Under the pieces are notes generated by a model. It worked only from the letters and a program-made list of their open reading frames with translations. It made no database searches and was not told the origin of the DNA. From Camelus dromedarius (taxonomy: Eukaryota): 64,000 nt of DNA. This document shows positions 52,412-64,000 of this stretch, one piece after another. Numbering within the stretch: the stretch's first letter is position 1; each line of letters starts with the position of its first letter. The stretch spans positions 72,170,001 to 72,234,000 of the forward strand of contig NC_087437.1 in assembly GCF_036321535.1 (NCBI RefSeq). Reading direction: 5' to 3'. The translations under genes were made by a program, and so were the position numbers.

Positions 52412-55400
52412 GGCCAGGGGCCCTCCTAAGCCGACACTCTAATTGACCCCTGAGGAGCCCCCACTGACACTGGACACAGGAGAAAAGTCTGTCAAATTCT
52501 TAGTTAACAATGGTGCCACTTACTCGGTTCTGGACACCAGATCAGGCAAACTAGGTCACAAGAGTTGTAAAATTATGGGGGTATCAGGGAAGGCCCAAGA
52601 ATGGGCATTCAAAGAGTCATTAGAATGCAAACTGGATGAACATAATCTTACCCATTCCTTCCTATACATTCCTGTATGCCCTATACCCTGCTGGGAAGAG
52701 ATATCTTACATAAACTGGGGGCTACTATCCACCTAATACGAGACAAATTGAAGATTGGAATCACCTTAGAAAAAGGATACAAGATCATAATGTTAATAGC
52801 TGAGGACAAACCTCCCTGGACAGAGCAAGTTGACCTCCCTGGATCTAGGGATGGGTCGAATGAGGTGTAGGAGCCAGTCCTGTGATAGTCCATCTAAAAT
52901 CTGGACATACATAGACCAGCAGAAAATAGTACCTTCCCTGTCCCCTGTTATACATGCCTAACTGACCAGGGTCTTATTAAACCATATAAACCAGCCTATA
53001 ATATCCCCATTCTTTCCATAAAGAAACCCAATAGGGAATACTGGATGGTACAGGACCTCAGGGTAGTCAGTGAAGTCACCTGGGATATACATCAAGTAGT
53101 TCCTAATCCCTGCACCCTGCTTGGCACTCTACTGTCTACTAGGACCGGGTAATCTGTATTAGATTTAAAAGATGTCTTCTTCTGTATTCCATTAGCCCCG
53201 GAGTTACAAGAAATTTTTGAGTGACAGGACCCAAACACACAATAAAAACAATACTGCTGGACAGTCCTGTCCCAAGGGTTCAAATTTCCCTGGAGGAGGG
53301 AACCTTCCTCCAGTAGGTAGACAATATTCTGATCACCATCCTTACTAAGGAGGTCTCTGTCAAAAATACTGTAACCACCCTGAACCACCTAGCCCATAAA
53401 GGATGCAAGGTGCCCAAGGAAGAAGCTAAAATATCACAAACTAGGGTGACCTACCTAGGCTTTATTCTCACAGAAGGTCAGAGAAGCCTTCACCGGGAAA
53501 GGAAACAATATATTTGCATTTGCAGCCTCGCCCTTTCTAAAACTAGAAGACAGCTAAGAGGTTTCCTGGGGGTGGCTGGGTTGCCACATCTGGATCCCTA
53601 ACTACGGTCTAATAGCTAACTATGGTCCCTCTATATGAAAAGTTGAGAGGAAAGGATGAAGATCCTTTTGAATGGAATTCAGAATGTGAAGGAGCCTTCC
53701 AAAAATTGAAAAAGCAGTTATTTCAGGACCCTGCCTCAGCCCTCCCAGATTTAGCTAAACCCCTTGATCTTTTCATTCATGAGAGAAGGGAACTTGCCCT
53801 TAAGAGTACTAGTTAAAAAGTGGGATCCCTTACTCTGGTGATTGCTTATTTCTCTAAACAATTAAATCAAACTGCTAAGGGATGGTCTCCTTGCCTACGG
53901 GCAGTAGCAACTACTACAGCTCTGCTGAAAGAGGCTGAAAAGTTAACTTCTGGTCAGATAACCTCTATATGGACTCCACACCAGGTTCTGGCTTTAGTCA
54001 GATCTAACAGAAGAGAATGGCTATCCCTGGAAGGTCGACTCAAGTCCAGGCAATGCTTTTAGACAACCCAGTGGTTATCATAAAAATCTGTCACTTGCTA
54101 AATCCTGCCACCCTGCTACCCACAGAAACAGGGCCCCTAGAGCACGACTGTACAGAAACCATAGACATGATTTATTCCAGTTGCCCTGACCAAGGAAGTG
54201 AGCTTCTCCCAAACACCGAAGAGGAATGCTTCACAGATGGATCAGTTTTGTGACAGGGAAAAACGCTGGTAGGCTTTATAGTAACTTCCCAGACCCAAGT
54301 CATAGAAACACAAAACCCACCCCCAGGGACTCCTTCCCAGAAGGCTGAGCTGATAGCTCTAACCTGAGCCTTAAAGCTCAGGATAGGGAGGATCTCAAAT
54401 GTTTACACAGAGTCCCAGTATGTATATGCCATCTTAATGCACAGGAGGCTATTTGGAAAGAAAGGGATATGCTTACTACAGAGAATAAGCAGGTGAAACA
54501 TGGCTTAAACATAGAAACTCCTAGAAGCAGTGCAGCTTCCAAAAAAAAAAAGAAAAAGTGGTAGTGATTCAATGTAGGGGCCAAAAAAGGAGGCCCTAGA
54601 ATGAGTAACTTGGCAATTACCCCTCATACCTAAGTAGGGCAGAGCCATCCCATTACTCCCCAGTCTACACAAAGGAAAAATTAGACAAAGCCCAGAAATA
54701 GGGCTTCAGTAGAGATCTAGGAGGACATGGGAGACTAGCTGATGAACGTGGGCAATACTTCTTTCCCCAAACTGCAGCTTGTCAAGCCATCAGAGAGGCA
54801 CATCAAAGAACTCACTACAGGGGGAAAGCCCTATGTAACTGGTTAGTTGAGGTCATGGTAACTCCTGGAATGAAAAATATAATCAGTGGGATAGTTGAGA
54901 CATGCCCCATCTGCACGGTGAACAACCCCAACACACCAGACCCCACAGAGGCTCCCAGATAAGGCCCATTCAGACCAAAAGACATACCCTGGGCAAGGCT
55001 GGCAGATTGGTTTCACCATCATACTGAGAGCACTGGGCAATTTCAGGTGTCTCTTGATGCTACTAGACACATTTTCAGGGTGAGTAAAAGCATTCTCTGC
55101 TAGAACTGAAAATAGCAGCTGAAGGGGCTAAAGTATTATTAAAAGAAATAATACCCAGGTTTGAGCTCCCAGGATCCCTACAAAATGATAATGGCCCAGC
55201 ATTTGTGTCTCAAGTGACAAAAGGGATAACAAAGTGTCCTGGGCATAAAGTAGACTTTGCACTCAGCCTAGAGACCCCAGTCATCAGGGAAAGTAAAGAG
55301 ATCCAATCAGACCTTAAAATAAACCTTAGCCAAACTATGCCAGGAGACTCAAGAATATTGGATTGTTACTCCCAATTGCCCTGCTCTGAATGTGGTTAGC

Positions 55401-55850
55401 TCCAACAGATAAATTAAAGTACATTTGAAGTCATGGATGGTAGACCCATTCCCCAAGCCCGAGAGAAGGGGCATCTTAACCCCCTTGAAATGAAACAACT
55501 TAAGTATGCCCTCCAGGTAGGAGAAACAATGAAAGCCCTCACAGAATATGGTAACCAGGTGCTGCTTGCACTGACCTGGCCCTGCACCCCTTCTGGGCAG
55601 GAAACTGGGTGAACCTAAAAACTTGGAAAACTGGCAGCCGACAGAACCAACTAAGTGAAATGACACCGTTTGGTGATCCTAACTACCTATTCTGGCCTCC
55701 AGTTTCATGGGATCACTCCGTGGGCACATCACACTTGAGTGAATAGGACCCCCAAGCCCCCATCTCCAAGAGACAACCTGGGGCAATGGACCCCCTTGAC
55801 TACCTGTGTGAACCTCTCTCTGACCTGAAACTTCTCTTCCAAAAAACTAC
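52412..55850 (+). pseudogene. pol: pro-pol (PR, RT, RNase H, IN), disrupted
   Basis: PR: FLVNNGATYSVL...HSFLYIP. RT: VQDLR, LDLKDVFFCIPL, WTVLSQGFK, LQ*VDNIL (53308-53331, decayed YVDD), TYLGF. RNase H: FTDGS, QKAELIAL. IN: CPIC, WQIGFT, DTFSG, DNGPAFVS, PQSSGKV; ends DLKLLFQK. Confidence 0.92.
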
Positions 55851-55869
55851 AGAAGTGTGCCAAGGGATA

Positions 55870-56220
55870 TTCAGGAAGGATGGAACTTCACTGACTGTTG
55901 GATTTATCACACTCAACCTGAAACAGGAAAGGACTAATAACTGCAGGATCCTTGCACTCGCGGGTGCTAGTGACCTTGGATGGGGAACCATATGTAATAC
56001 TGTCATCATAGAAAAGTAACAGCCAATGTAGCAATGGTGGCCAGCGACACTGTCCTCAACTTGAAGCTATTCAGCTTAATTCGGCTGCACAAATTTGGAG
56101 CAGGTAAAACTGGACTTTCCAGAATCACTTTGTTTTTACCTTTCCTGGGCTCCGTAATAACTATTATTCTCTTGCCCCTATGCATATCTATAAGACTCCA
56201 GATGACAGTCACTCACGGAT
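55870..56220 (+). pseudogene. env: env remnant, heavily deleted
   Basis: WNFTDCWIYH (SU CWxC-like), TANVAMVASDTVLNL (TM heptad-like) and ITLFLPFLGSVITIILLPL (membrane anchor) compressed into ~350 bp. Confidence 0.65.
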
Positions 56221-56400
56221 AAGAACAGTCAGGGCTGAGGCCTGGTGACAATCCAACACATCTAAAGGCAGCTGGGAGAAGTTCTGCTCCTCCACCCGGG
56301 GTTATGACGAAGCCCAGACTCGGCACAAATCAGTTATGGGAGACAGACCTCCCAGTACCCCTCAAGAATGAGGAGCAGGACAAAAGACAGAGGAGGGGTT

Positions 56401-56592
56401 TGACATGGGCAAAGCCCATTACAATTCGTGAGGAATAAAAACAGAATCTGGGAAATGAAATAAAGTCTAACCTTTTTGTTCCTTATCCTTGGCTTGTCTA
56501 GCTTCACTTGTTCATAGGGTATCCCGTGCAGAAGCCTCGCACCCCACGCTTCAGACCAGAGCTCCTTATGCAAAACCTGCTGCACCGACACT
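56401..56592 (+). repeat. 3' LTR (recognisable portion)
   Basis: Starts with TG directly after the polypurine tract AAAAGACAGAGGAGGGGTT; homologous to 51890-52080. Confidence 0.8.
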
Positions 56593-56830
56593 GCCTCTCA
56601 GCGACCAGGCACACAGCGTTGTGGACCACGCTCAGCCCAAGATGGCTGCTGCGGGCGGTGGGCGGAGACGCTGTCCGCAGCGGTGCGGCGACCTGGAGCG
56701 TGAGCAGCACGCCTGCGCCCGCCCCCGAAGAGCTCCACCCACCCCGCCCCCCCACCCCTCCCACCAGATCCCGGTAAAGCAGCCCCGCCCACAGCCTACG
56801 GGGAGAGCCTCGACTCTAGAACCGGAGTTC
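56590..56830 (+). promoter_or_regulatory. CpG-island-like TATA-less promoter with candidate first exon
   Basis: The densest CpG/GC cluster in the window. YY1-like CAAGATGGCTGC (56638-56649), several GGGCGG/CCGCCC Sp1 boxes, NRF1-like CGCCTGCGC, candidate splice donors GAGC|GTGAGC (56700) and CCG|GTAAAG (56774). Confidence 0.7.
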
Positions 56831-58461
56831 AGGGCTCTCCATTCTCCGTCTAAAAAATGGAGGTTTTCTTTGCTTCTAAACCAAACTCAGTCTCATCCTA
56901 TTGATGAGAAGGACACAGGGCTTCTTCTGCATCCCTTGTTGGGGGACCAACTTGGGAGGGCCGGTAACGGTGATAGGAAATAAGTTTAGGAAGTATACTT
57001 TTGGAGCTTTGTAGAGTGAATAATTTACAAGGTGAAAGCAGCAATTCGTTGTGAGCTGAAGGCTTGATGCAGTCTCTTAGGAGCTGTCCTTCTAGAAGTA
57101 AAAGCGGATTCTTAGAGGCCACATACTGCCTTTCAGATAAAGGTGTCAGCTTCCAGTAGAATAGAGATGTTTTCTTACGATACGTGAGTGGGCGGGAAGG
57201 ATAATTAGCACTATCATTCGTTTATTGTTTGTTTCTTCCCGCTGCAGCGTGTATTAGAATGGTTTTACTGCCTTAGAAATTTTCTGAGTGCACTTCGATG
57301 AAGGCTGTTACGTGAAGACATAGTTTACAAGTGAACCAAATAGAGGGTAGGAACTAAACTCATAGGCTGGTTTCTTAGACATGGGCCAGCCAGGCTGAGG
57401 CTCAGCCAGAGTGGATCAGCTCAGCACTTATTGTGGTTTGTAGTTGTCTATTCTGATTGGCTGGTGCCTATGCCATTCTAGTTGTTCAGGGTTTTGAATA
57501 TCAGGTCTGGGTGCACAGTCACCCTTTGAGAGCTAAACTGGTGAAATATAACACTTAAATGGATGCAATGAGCTATCTTCAGAAATAATCCCCAAAATTC
57601 CTATAAATGTGAGCCTGAGACAATATAAAAGCACCCAAACTCAAGGTGTAAACAGAAGGGAGCAGGCCTGGAATATGACTGAAACTAAGAAAGTCCACAT
57701 CTAGACAAATATATTCAGAAATTGTGTTTAAATGAGAAGGGGATAGAGTTTGTCCAGGGACCTAGCTGACCAGTCTCACTATGGTCACCTCCCTCTAAAG
57801 TTCATATGGGAAATAAGCATTAAGGATAAGACCAGAACACATACGCTTGTTTCTGTGAACTTCTGTCTCAAATTCCAGTGTGGTAAGCTGGTTTAGTGAA
57901 GGCCGGTTTTACCCATTTTCTCCTAGGCTCCTCTGTCTTCTCAAGTATACCACACTGTCGGCAAGGAAAGGCAGTACAAGAGCCTGCCAAGAAAAAGCGA
58001 GGGCGGGTCTGCATCTCCTTAAGGGCTATGGGACACTGATCTATTTAAACACCACATTCCACCCTCTCCCAGGCAGGCACACAGGCAGGAGCCACTCCTG
58101 GTCATCTATTGTACCGAGTGTGCAGAGACAAGACAGAATCCCAAGAAAGAAAATACTGGGAAAAAGAGACCACAGCCTTAGTATCGTGGCTCAATAAAAG
58201 TCCTTTTTGATGTGCCTTGATGTGTTTGCAGTGGGTTGTGGGGAAGTGGTGAGGAGTAGGGGAATGAAACCAGAGGCCTGGAGCGCCCCTTCCAGGCGAA
58301 CTGCATTTTGCCATGACTGAAAAAGGAACCTGGTTTTAGAAGCCTGGTGGCTCGCAAAATCTAAAATAAAAGGGTAAGAATCAGCAGTATTCTGCCAGCA
58401 CTATCCAGGAAAGTGAGAGATACCAAATTTAGTGAACAGAGCTGGGCACTTGAAGGGAAGT

Positions 58462-58762
58462 CAGGTCCAGAATCCTGCAGGAACCGTTCCAAAATCCAAA
58501 CATCTCTGGAAACAGAAGATGTTTTGCCACTCCTTTGGCAACAAAACGTGGCCTGAACAATTTATAGCCTCCATTTATCTCAGTGTGAATATTTTTATGT
58601 TGTGTTATAGATACATTCACATGTTTGATCATGAGATACTCCTCAACCCCTCTAGGGCTGTTGTCACATACAGTAAATGAACTGTTTACTTCTCTAAAAT
58701 CTTAAAAATTGTGAAATCCGAACTACATCTGGCCCCAATCAGCTAAGGGATTAGAGATCTGT
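58462..58762. mobile_element. TcMar-Tigger-type MITE (MER46C-like)
   Basis: Degenerate terminal inverted repeats CAGGTCCAGAATCC...GGGATTAGAGATCTG. Confidence 0.45.
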
Positions 58763-60134
58763 GTGTCATGATGCCTGATCTGTGTGGGCCTCAGTCCCAG
58801 CTCAGCCACTCACATGTCACATGACTTTGAACAAGTGATTCACTGGTGCCACGATTTGGGTTTTTTTTTAGTAAGATAAAGATAGTACTAGTTTAGATAA
58901 TAAATGAGGTTATGCACGATGTTCAGCACATAGCCTAGCAAATGGTAATCATCCAATAACGTTTATTATTTTACTTGATCTGAAAGACAGCATACCTCAT
59001 CTTCCTCTGATTTGTAGTCACCATGGAGTTATCTACCTACTAGCTACAGGCCCTCTGTTACCGGTATGGTGGAAGTTTGGATAACAAACAAGAGTTTTTG
59101 CGTCACTGGTGATCTCTTGTAAATCAATGGTTTGGCACTCTAAGTCCAACCTCCATCTCTTGCATCTCTAAAAAAAAAAAAGAAAATCAGATCAAGTGAA
59201 AATCAGAGATGGCCCCACTTCTGAGATACACATACATACCTACAGCCTTCCTGACTGCAAGCAGGTTTTACTTAAACACATTCAAGAGCATTTTGAATTT
59301 GGGTAAATTGAGGCAAAGGAATGGAGAACATGAGTTTTTGTTTTGACATGAACATTATAATTTTATGAGAGTCTTGGCTCCTGGTTAGTTTACAATGTGA
59401 CAAAATCCAATAATCTGGAATAGAATTTTCTAAAATGTTTTACATGAAATACTATCCCTGTGAGAGGGCCTGTGAATAAAAAACTTCCTTGAAATTATTT
59501 TAAAATGAAACCATTTTTTTCAGGGGACATTTATTAACACTCGCAGAACTCATGTTAGGTTGAGGACACTTTGAGAAATACTGTCTAAAGAGTATCAGCT
59601 TCTGGTACATTTTCTAGGCAGCTAGTTCTCAGCTATTAGGTGATTTCACAGCTGTTGCAATTTAATTTTTGAAAGATAAAATCATCACTCTCATGCAGAT
59701 ATAAAATGAACACATGTCAAAGATTTAATTTAATTAAATTAATGAAGAAATCAGCAAGATGTTAAAACTGATTCAAAGGAAACTCTGGAGAACAGACACA
59801 CATCTAGGTAATCAGCAATACCAATGGATGTATTTATATTTATATAAATATACATAATACAGCAATTGATGTGTTATATGTAAAACTATACAACTATTTA
59901 ATATCTATATGGCAATAAAATATAGTTTGAAATTATCTTTCCTATAGAGAAGAAATAAATTATATCTATTATATATAATTCATTTGTGTATCTATAGAGA
60001 AGAATTATCTGCATTGCTCTTAGTTTCTCCAGTTTACAGAGTTGTGAAATAGCCTTGTCAAGGACAAGAGAATATTCACATAAAATCAGATAATCCCAGA
60101 GTGTCCAGTAGATGGATAACAGTGAGCATTCCAT

Positions 60135-60603
60135 TGAAAGGCAGAATAATGCCCCTTGCCTGTTCTGATTCCTAGAACCTGTGAATATGTTATGTGGAAA
60201 GAGGGAATTAAGTTTGCAGTTGGAATTATGTTTGCTAATCAGATGACTTTATATAAGAAAACTGTCCCGGGCTATCAGAGTGGGCCCAATGTAACTACAG
60301 GGTCCTTTAAAGTGGAAAAGGGAGGCAGAAGAGGAGGTCACAGTCAGAGATTTGAAGATACTATACTGCTGGCTTTGAAGATGCAAGAAGAGGCCACAAG
60401 CCAAGAAATGCTGCTGGCCCTGAGAAAAGGCAAGGAAACAGATTCTCCCCTAGGTACCCCAGATGCAATGCAGCCCTGCTGACACCCTGATTTAGGCCCA
60501 GTATACTAGACAGCTGATCTCCAGAAGTATAAACTGATGAATTTGTGTTGTTTTAATCCACTAACTATGTGGTAATTTATTACAATAGTAAGAGAAAACC
60601 ATC
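60135..60603 (+). mobile_element. MaLR solo LTR (MLT1D-like)
   Basis: GAACCTGTGAATATGTTA...GGGCCCAATGTAACTACAGGGTCCTTTAAA...CTGCTGGCTTTGAAGATG...GAAACAGATTCTCCCCTAG. Confidence 0.8.
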
Positions 60604-62699
60604 AGAAAAATCTAGTAATCTCTGTCAAATTCAAAGTCTTTTACAAATTTCCCTAATGAGGGGAAGTGCCAGACTTCATAACAAATGAACTTTTAAAGTT
60701 CCATAAATGCTTCCTTTATCGCTTACACTTTATTATGCATACTAATGCATGATAATATAGATAAAGATGTTTAAAATCTGTTTCAAATAGGAAAATGACA
60801 GCCTCAGTTAAAAAAAAAAGTAACTCAAACTATTTCAATTAAATTGTGAAAAATCTGGACGTCTCTTCAGACTTTTAACAGAGATGAAGTTTTAGTGCTT
60901 TTGTCTGGAATCAGTGAACACTGATCATACTGTAAACACCTGCTGAACTGCACTCAGCTGGGGGCTAAGGCCCTGTGTTTCAGGCTTTTTGCCTAGATCA
61001 GCTCCCCACATGGTCCTGCTCTGAATTCAGTATTCTCTGAGAACAACCTGGCGGGGCTTTTGCTGTAGTGCAAGTCACCATATTTCATTTAAGCATTTAA
61101 GTTTTTCACCAAAGGGAATTTGTGCCATGTATGAACCTTCAAGGCTTACTGGGCAAATAACTGAAAAGTTGTCCCATCTGTTGCTTGCAGAAGGTCTTTC
61201 TACCGGCTGGATTTATAAAGAGGAAGGCTTTTACACTTGAGATTGCAGCCGGGTGGTATGTAAAGTAGTAATGGAATGTGTCCCTGTTTCATTCTCCAAT
61301 ATTGTGAGGTTTATCTGGAAATTATTGCTGTGGATATAAGCTACCGTAAGATAAATGGCCCAGAATCCAAATTACTAAATTAAAAGGAAGTCTTTGCAGA
61401 GCCCGTTCCTCCTCCATCCCCTGACCTTGGAGGAGACACTGACATAGTCAATGTCAGGTTCTGATCCTGGACCAGACTGTGTGAGACTTGAGAAACTGCA
61501 GAGAGTGAGCACAGGACAGATATGACAAGGTGAGGCATTCTCCTTTGTTTTCTCCAGGGCAGCTGATTGCAAACTGGCTTGGAGAAGAAGAGAAAGAAGC
61601 ATTTGTGTGAACTGGACTGTTGGTGAGATAATAATTTTAAATTTGACTGGATGAAAAGTATCTGAAAGTGACTGAATTAATTTTTCTGCCATCATCACAA
61701 ATGGGGACTTGGAATCACAAGATTCATGTGAAGTTATGAAACAAACGATGTTTTTAAACTCCTGAGTTATGTGGACAGATGTAATGGAGAAATATCATAC
61801 CATTTTCTACAGGATGAAGAAAGTCATCCAAGAGAGAAGTCAGGAGGAAAAAATTATCCCAGGAGTTTGAATAGAATTGAAGCCAGTATCAAGAAGTTAA
61901 TGTGTAGAGAAAATGACTCAGAAAGGGGTGATTTAATATTCTGAAAAAGTAGCAGCAATTGACTCTTTCCTTAAACCCACCAACAATTTGGCTGTTTTGC
62001 TGATCTCATTGGGAATGAATAATACAGGAGCCAAGAAATCTGGAATGTATTGCTGGTGACTTTGAAGTCCAGGCTACAAACTGAAGGCATTTGAAGCATT
62101 TGGAAGAGAAAAAGGCTTTGGGGAAGTAAACCATTGGCCATAGGAGTGGTTTTAAAGTGTTTTAGACCATGCCTTTTCAGGCCAGAATGTCTGAGTGTTG
62201 GCAAGAGATAAAGTGCAGCCCATGAGAAGAGGAAAACTGTGTTCGACAGAAGAATTCCTAACCTGTTCAAAGAGTTTAATCTGAAATATGAATGAGAGTG
62301 AGGGAAAAAAGCATAGATAAAGCTCTAAAAGTTTGGCGATTAACTGATAGGACGTTGGGGAAAAAAATAACAAAATGCTCCAGTTATTCTAACGAGAAAA
62401 TATCAGGAAAGAAAATCAATAAGCAAATTGATGTCCCTGCCTTACTATGTATCCTAATGCATAGAGAATGGGTACAAACTAATAGAACTTGACATTTAAC
62501 ACAAGGTGGTAATGTGATTGCAGGAATATCACTGTGGTGACATAGAGGGATGGGGCTTATGACCGTGAGGTGTACTGTGGAATGTGATAACCGTGACTGC
62601 TCCAGCTGGTGCAGCCATGCTGGAGAGCAAAGCGACAGCTCTTAGGTTTACTCTATGTTTGTTGAGCACCAAGAAATTTGGATTTTGAGTATACATCTC

Positions 62700-63150
62700 A
62701 GAGAGTCTTACACAGGTCCAGAAAGATTTATTGCAGCCATTTCAGTGGTGATAGGGAACTGGAGGTAATCAAGGTAGGGAACTGGAGGTAATCAAGGTGT
62801 CCATGGAATTGGAGATAATCAGAATGTGGTGGATGAGTACCACGAAGCATCATGCAGCTGTTAGAAACAGCAGAGTGGAAGTAGATATGGATATCTTGTA
62901 TAAAACTAAAAAAGATGGTATTAAGTGAAAAAAGAGAAATAGGATGGGATACATGACACAATATCAATTATGTATTCAAAGAATACATGCACAAGAAAAA
63001 AATCATACACATTTCAAAAGTACATGTACCAGCACACACACACAAATCCATTAAACATGTGAGAGTAAATGCCTATGTGGGGAGCTTGGGGTATGGTGAT
63101 TAAAAAAACTTGGACAGACTAATATGATAATATGTCATGAACTAATGAGC
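62700..63150 (+). mobile_element. Old L1 (L1ME-like) 3'UTR fragment containing a 23-bp tandem duplication
   Basis: ATTTATTGCAGC...TGTCCAT motifs; TAGGGAACTGGAGGTAATCAAGG x2 at ~62752-62797. Confidence 0.55.
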
Positions 63151-63719
63151 TCAAATTCTAGGGAAGAGGAAGAAGAGAGAGGGAGAGAGGGCAGGCACCA
63201 TAATAGAAGGGAAGTGCCAGCATCTCTGCAGACCATGAAGGACTGAATGACACTTACAGAGAAACCCACGTGTGAGTCTTTGTCTGTGACTGAATCTTGT
63301 CTGATACTTTATCAACAACCTGAATAAGGATGTAAAGGGAAGAATACTCATCACCTTTCTATGACACAAATCTGGGATAAGTTGTCACTCTTCTGGATAA
63401 TGAAAATCAGAGATAACATCTTGGGAGTAGCCAGAGAAATAGTAGCATCCAAGTTTAGGGCCTCTGTCTTCCTCTGGTGGTGATGTGTAAGATTCTTCTG
63501 TTGGAGAAAACGAATCTGGGGTCAGGATGCCAGCCTTCTGGAGAAAACAGGACTGCATCTCTGGGTCTACGAGCTGTTATTGACTCAGTATTTGTCCACT
63601 GCGATGGAAGATGCTGGGAAGATTCCTCCATGGGATCTGAGATGCTTTGACACCTATAATTTTTTCTTCTTATGGAAAACATAAGGAATTAACATTATAT
63701 TATTATTGGCTATTGTTAT

Positions 63720-63965
63720 TGATAGCAGCATTTATTGAACTCTTATTATGGGCCTGGTATCATTATAAGTTATTTGCTATCTATTTACTTCTTTTAATCC
63801 TCATCATGACCCTATGAAATAGGTACTACTATTAACTCACTTTATAGGTGAGGAAAGTAGAGGGAGGTTAATAAACTCATCCAACACCACGCAGTGATAG
63901 GAGGTAAAACCAAAACTTATACTCAAACTATCTAACTCTTAAATCCCTTCTTTAAACCGTTACAC
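63720..63965 (-). mobile_element. MIR SINE
   Basis: CATTTATTGAAC...TTTAATCCTCATCATGACCCTATGAAATAGGTACTACTATT...GAGGAAAGTAGAGG. Confidence 0.7.
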
Positions 63966-64000
63966 TATAGGTGTCTGAGAGTGGGGCTGCATATTACACC

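Larger units (their letters stand above)
51890..56592 (+). mobile_element. Degenerate class I (gamma-like/ERV1) endogenous retrovirus, LTR-(gag)-pro-pol-(env)-LTR
   Basis: Paired LTR-homologous blocks (GGCAAAGCCCATT...CATAGGGTA...TTCAGAnCAGAGyTCCTTAwGCAAAA) at 51897 and 56408, polypurine tract at 56381-56400, and NC, PR, RT, RNase H, IN and env motifs in collinear order. Confidence 0.92.

Noticed and set aside
56489..56983. 164-aa ORF across the LTR and CpG island
   Set aside because: Non-ATG start inside the LTR; stop-codon scarcity in GC-rich DNA explains its length.
63350..63682. Protein-like minus-strand frames near the window end
   Set aside because: Short, interrupted by stops, weak splice signals and no recognisable homology.

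Overview
Mammalian genomic DNA, very likely camelid (Camelus/Vicugna/Lama), judged from three tRNA-derived Vic-1-type SINEs and a camelid-type L1 3' end. I found no supportable protein-coding gene; the ORF track is explained by decayed transposon frames and chance ORFs. The window is a transposon-rich intergenic or intronic stretch with four main parts: (1) a decayed near-full-length L1 at ~7.35-13.4 kb; (2) a nested cluster at ~29.9-39.2 kb, where target-site duplications (TSDs) give the insertion order host LTR > doubly internally deleted L1 > SINE, plus a young CpG-rich solo LTR; (3) a degenerate class I (gamma-like) provirus at ~51.9-56.6 kb with both LTRs, a Gag zinc knuckle, PR/RT/RNase H/IN and env remnants; (4) the window's only CpG-island-like promoter (YY1/Sp1 motifs, candidate first exon), which begins directly where the provirus 3' LTR homology ends. 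The best leads are the LTR-abutting CpG promoter, the doubly deleted L1 with intact ends and a 120-bp patchwork insertion built from local templates at 22.3-22.5 kb. No new biological system can be established from this sequence alone. Repeat family names come from recalled consensus resemblance rather than a database search, and boundaries of old repeats are approximate.
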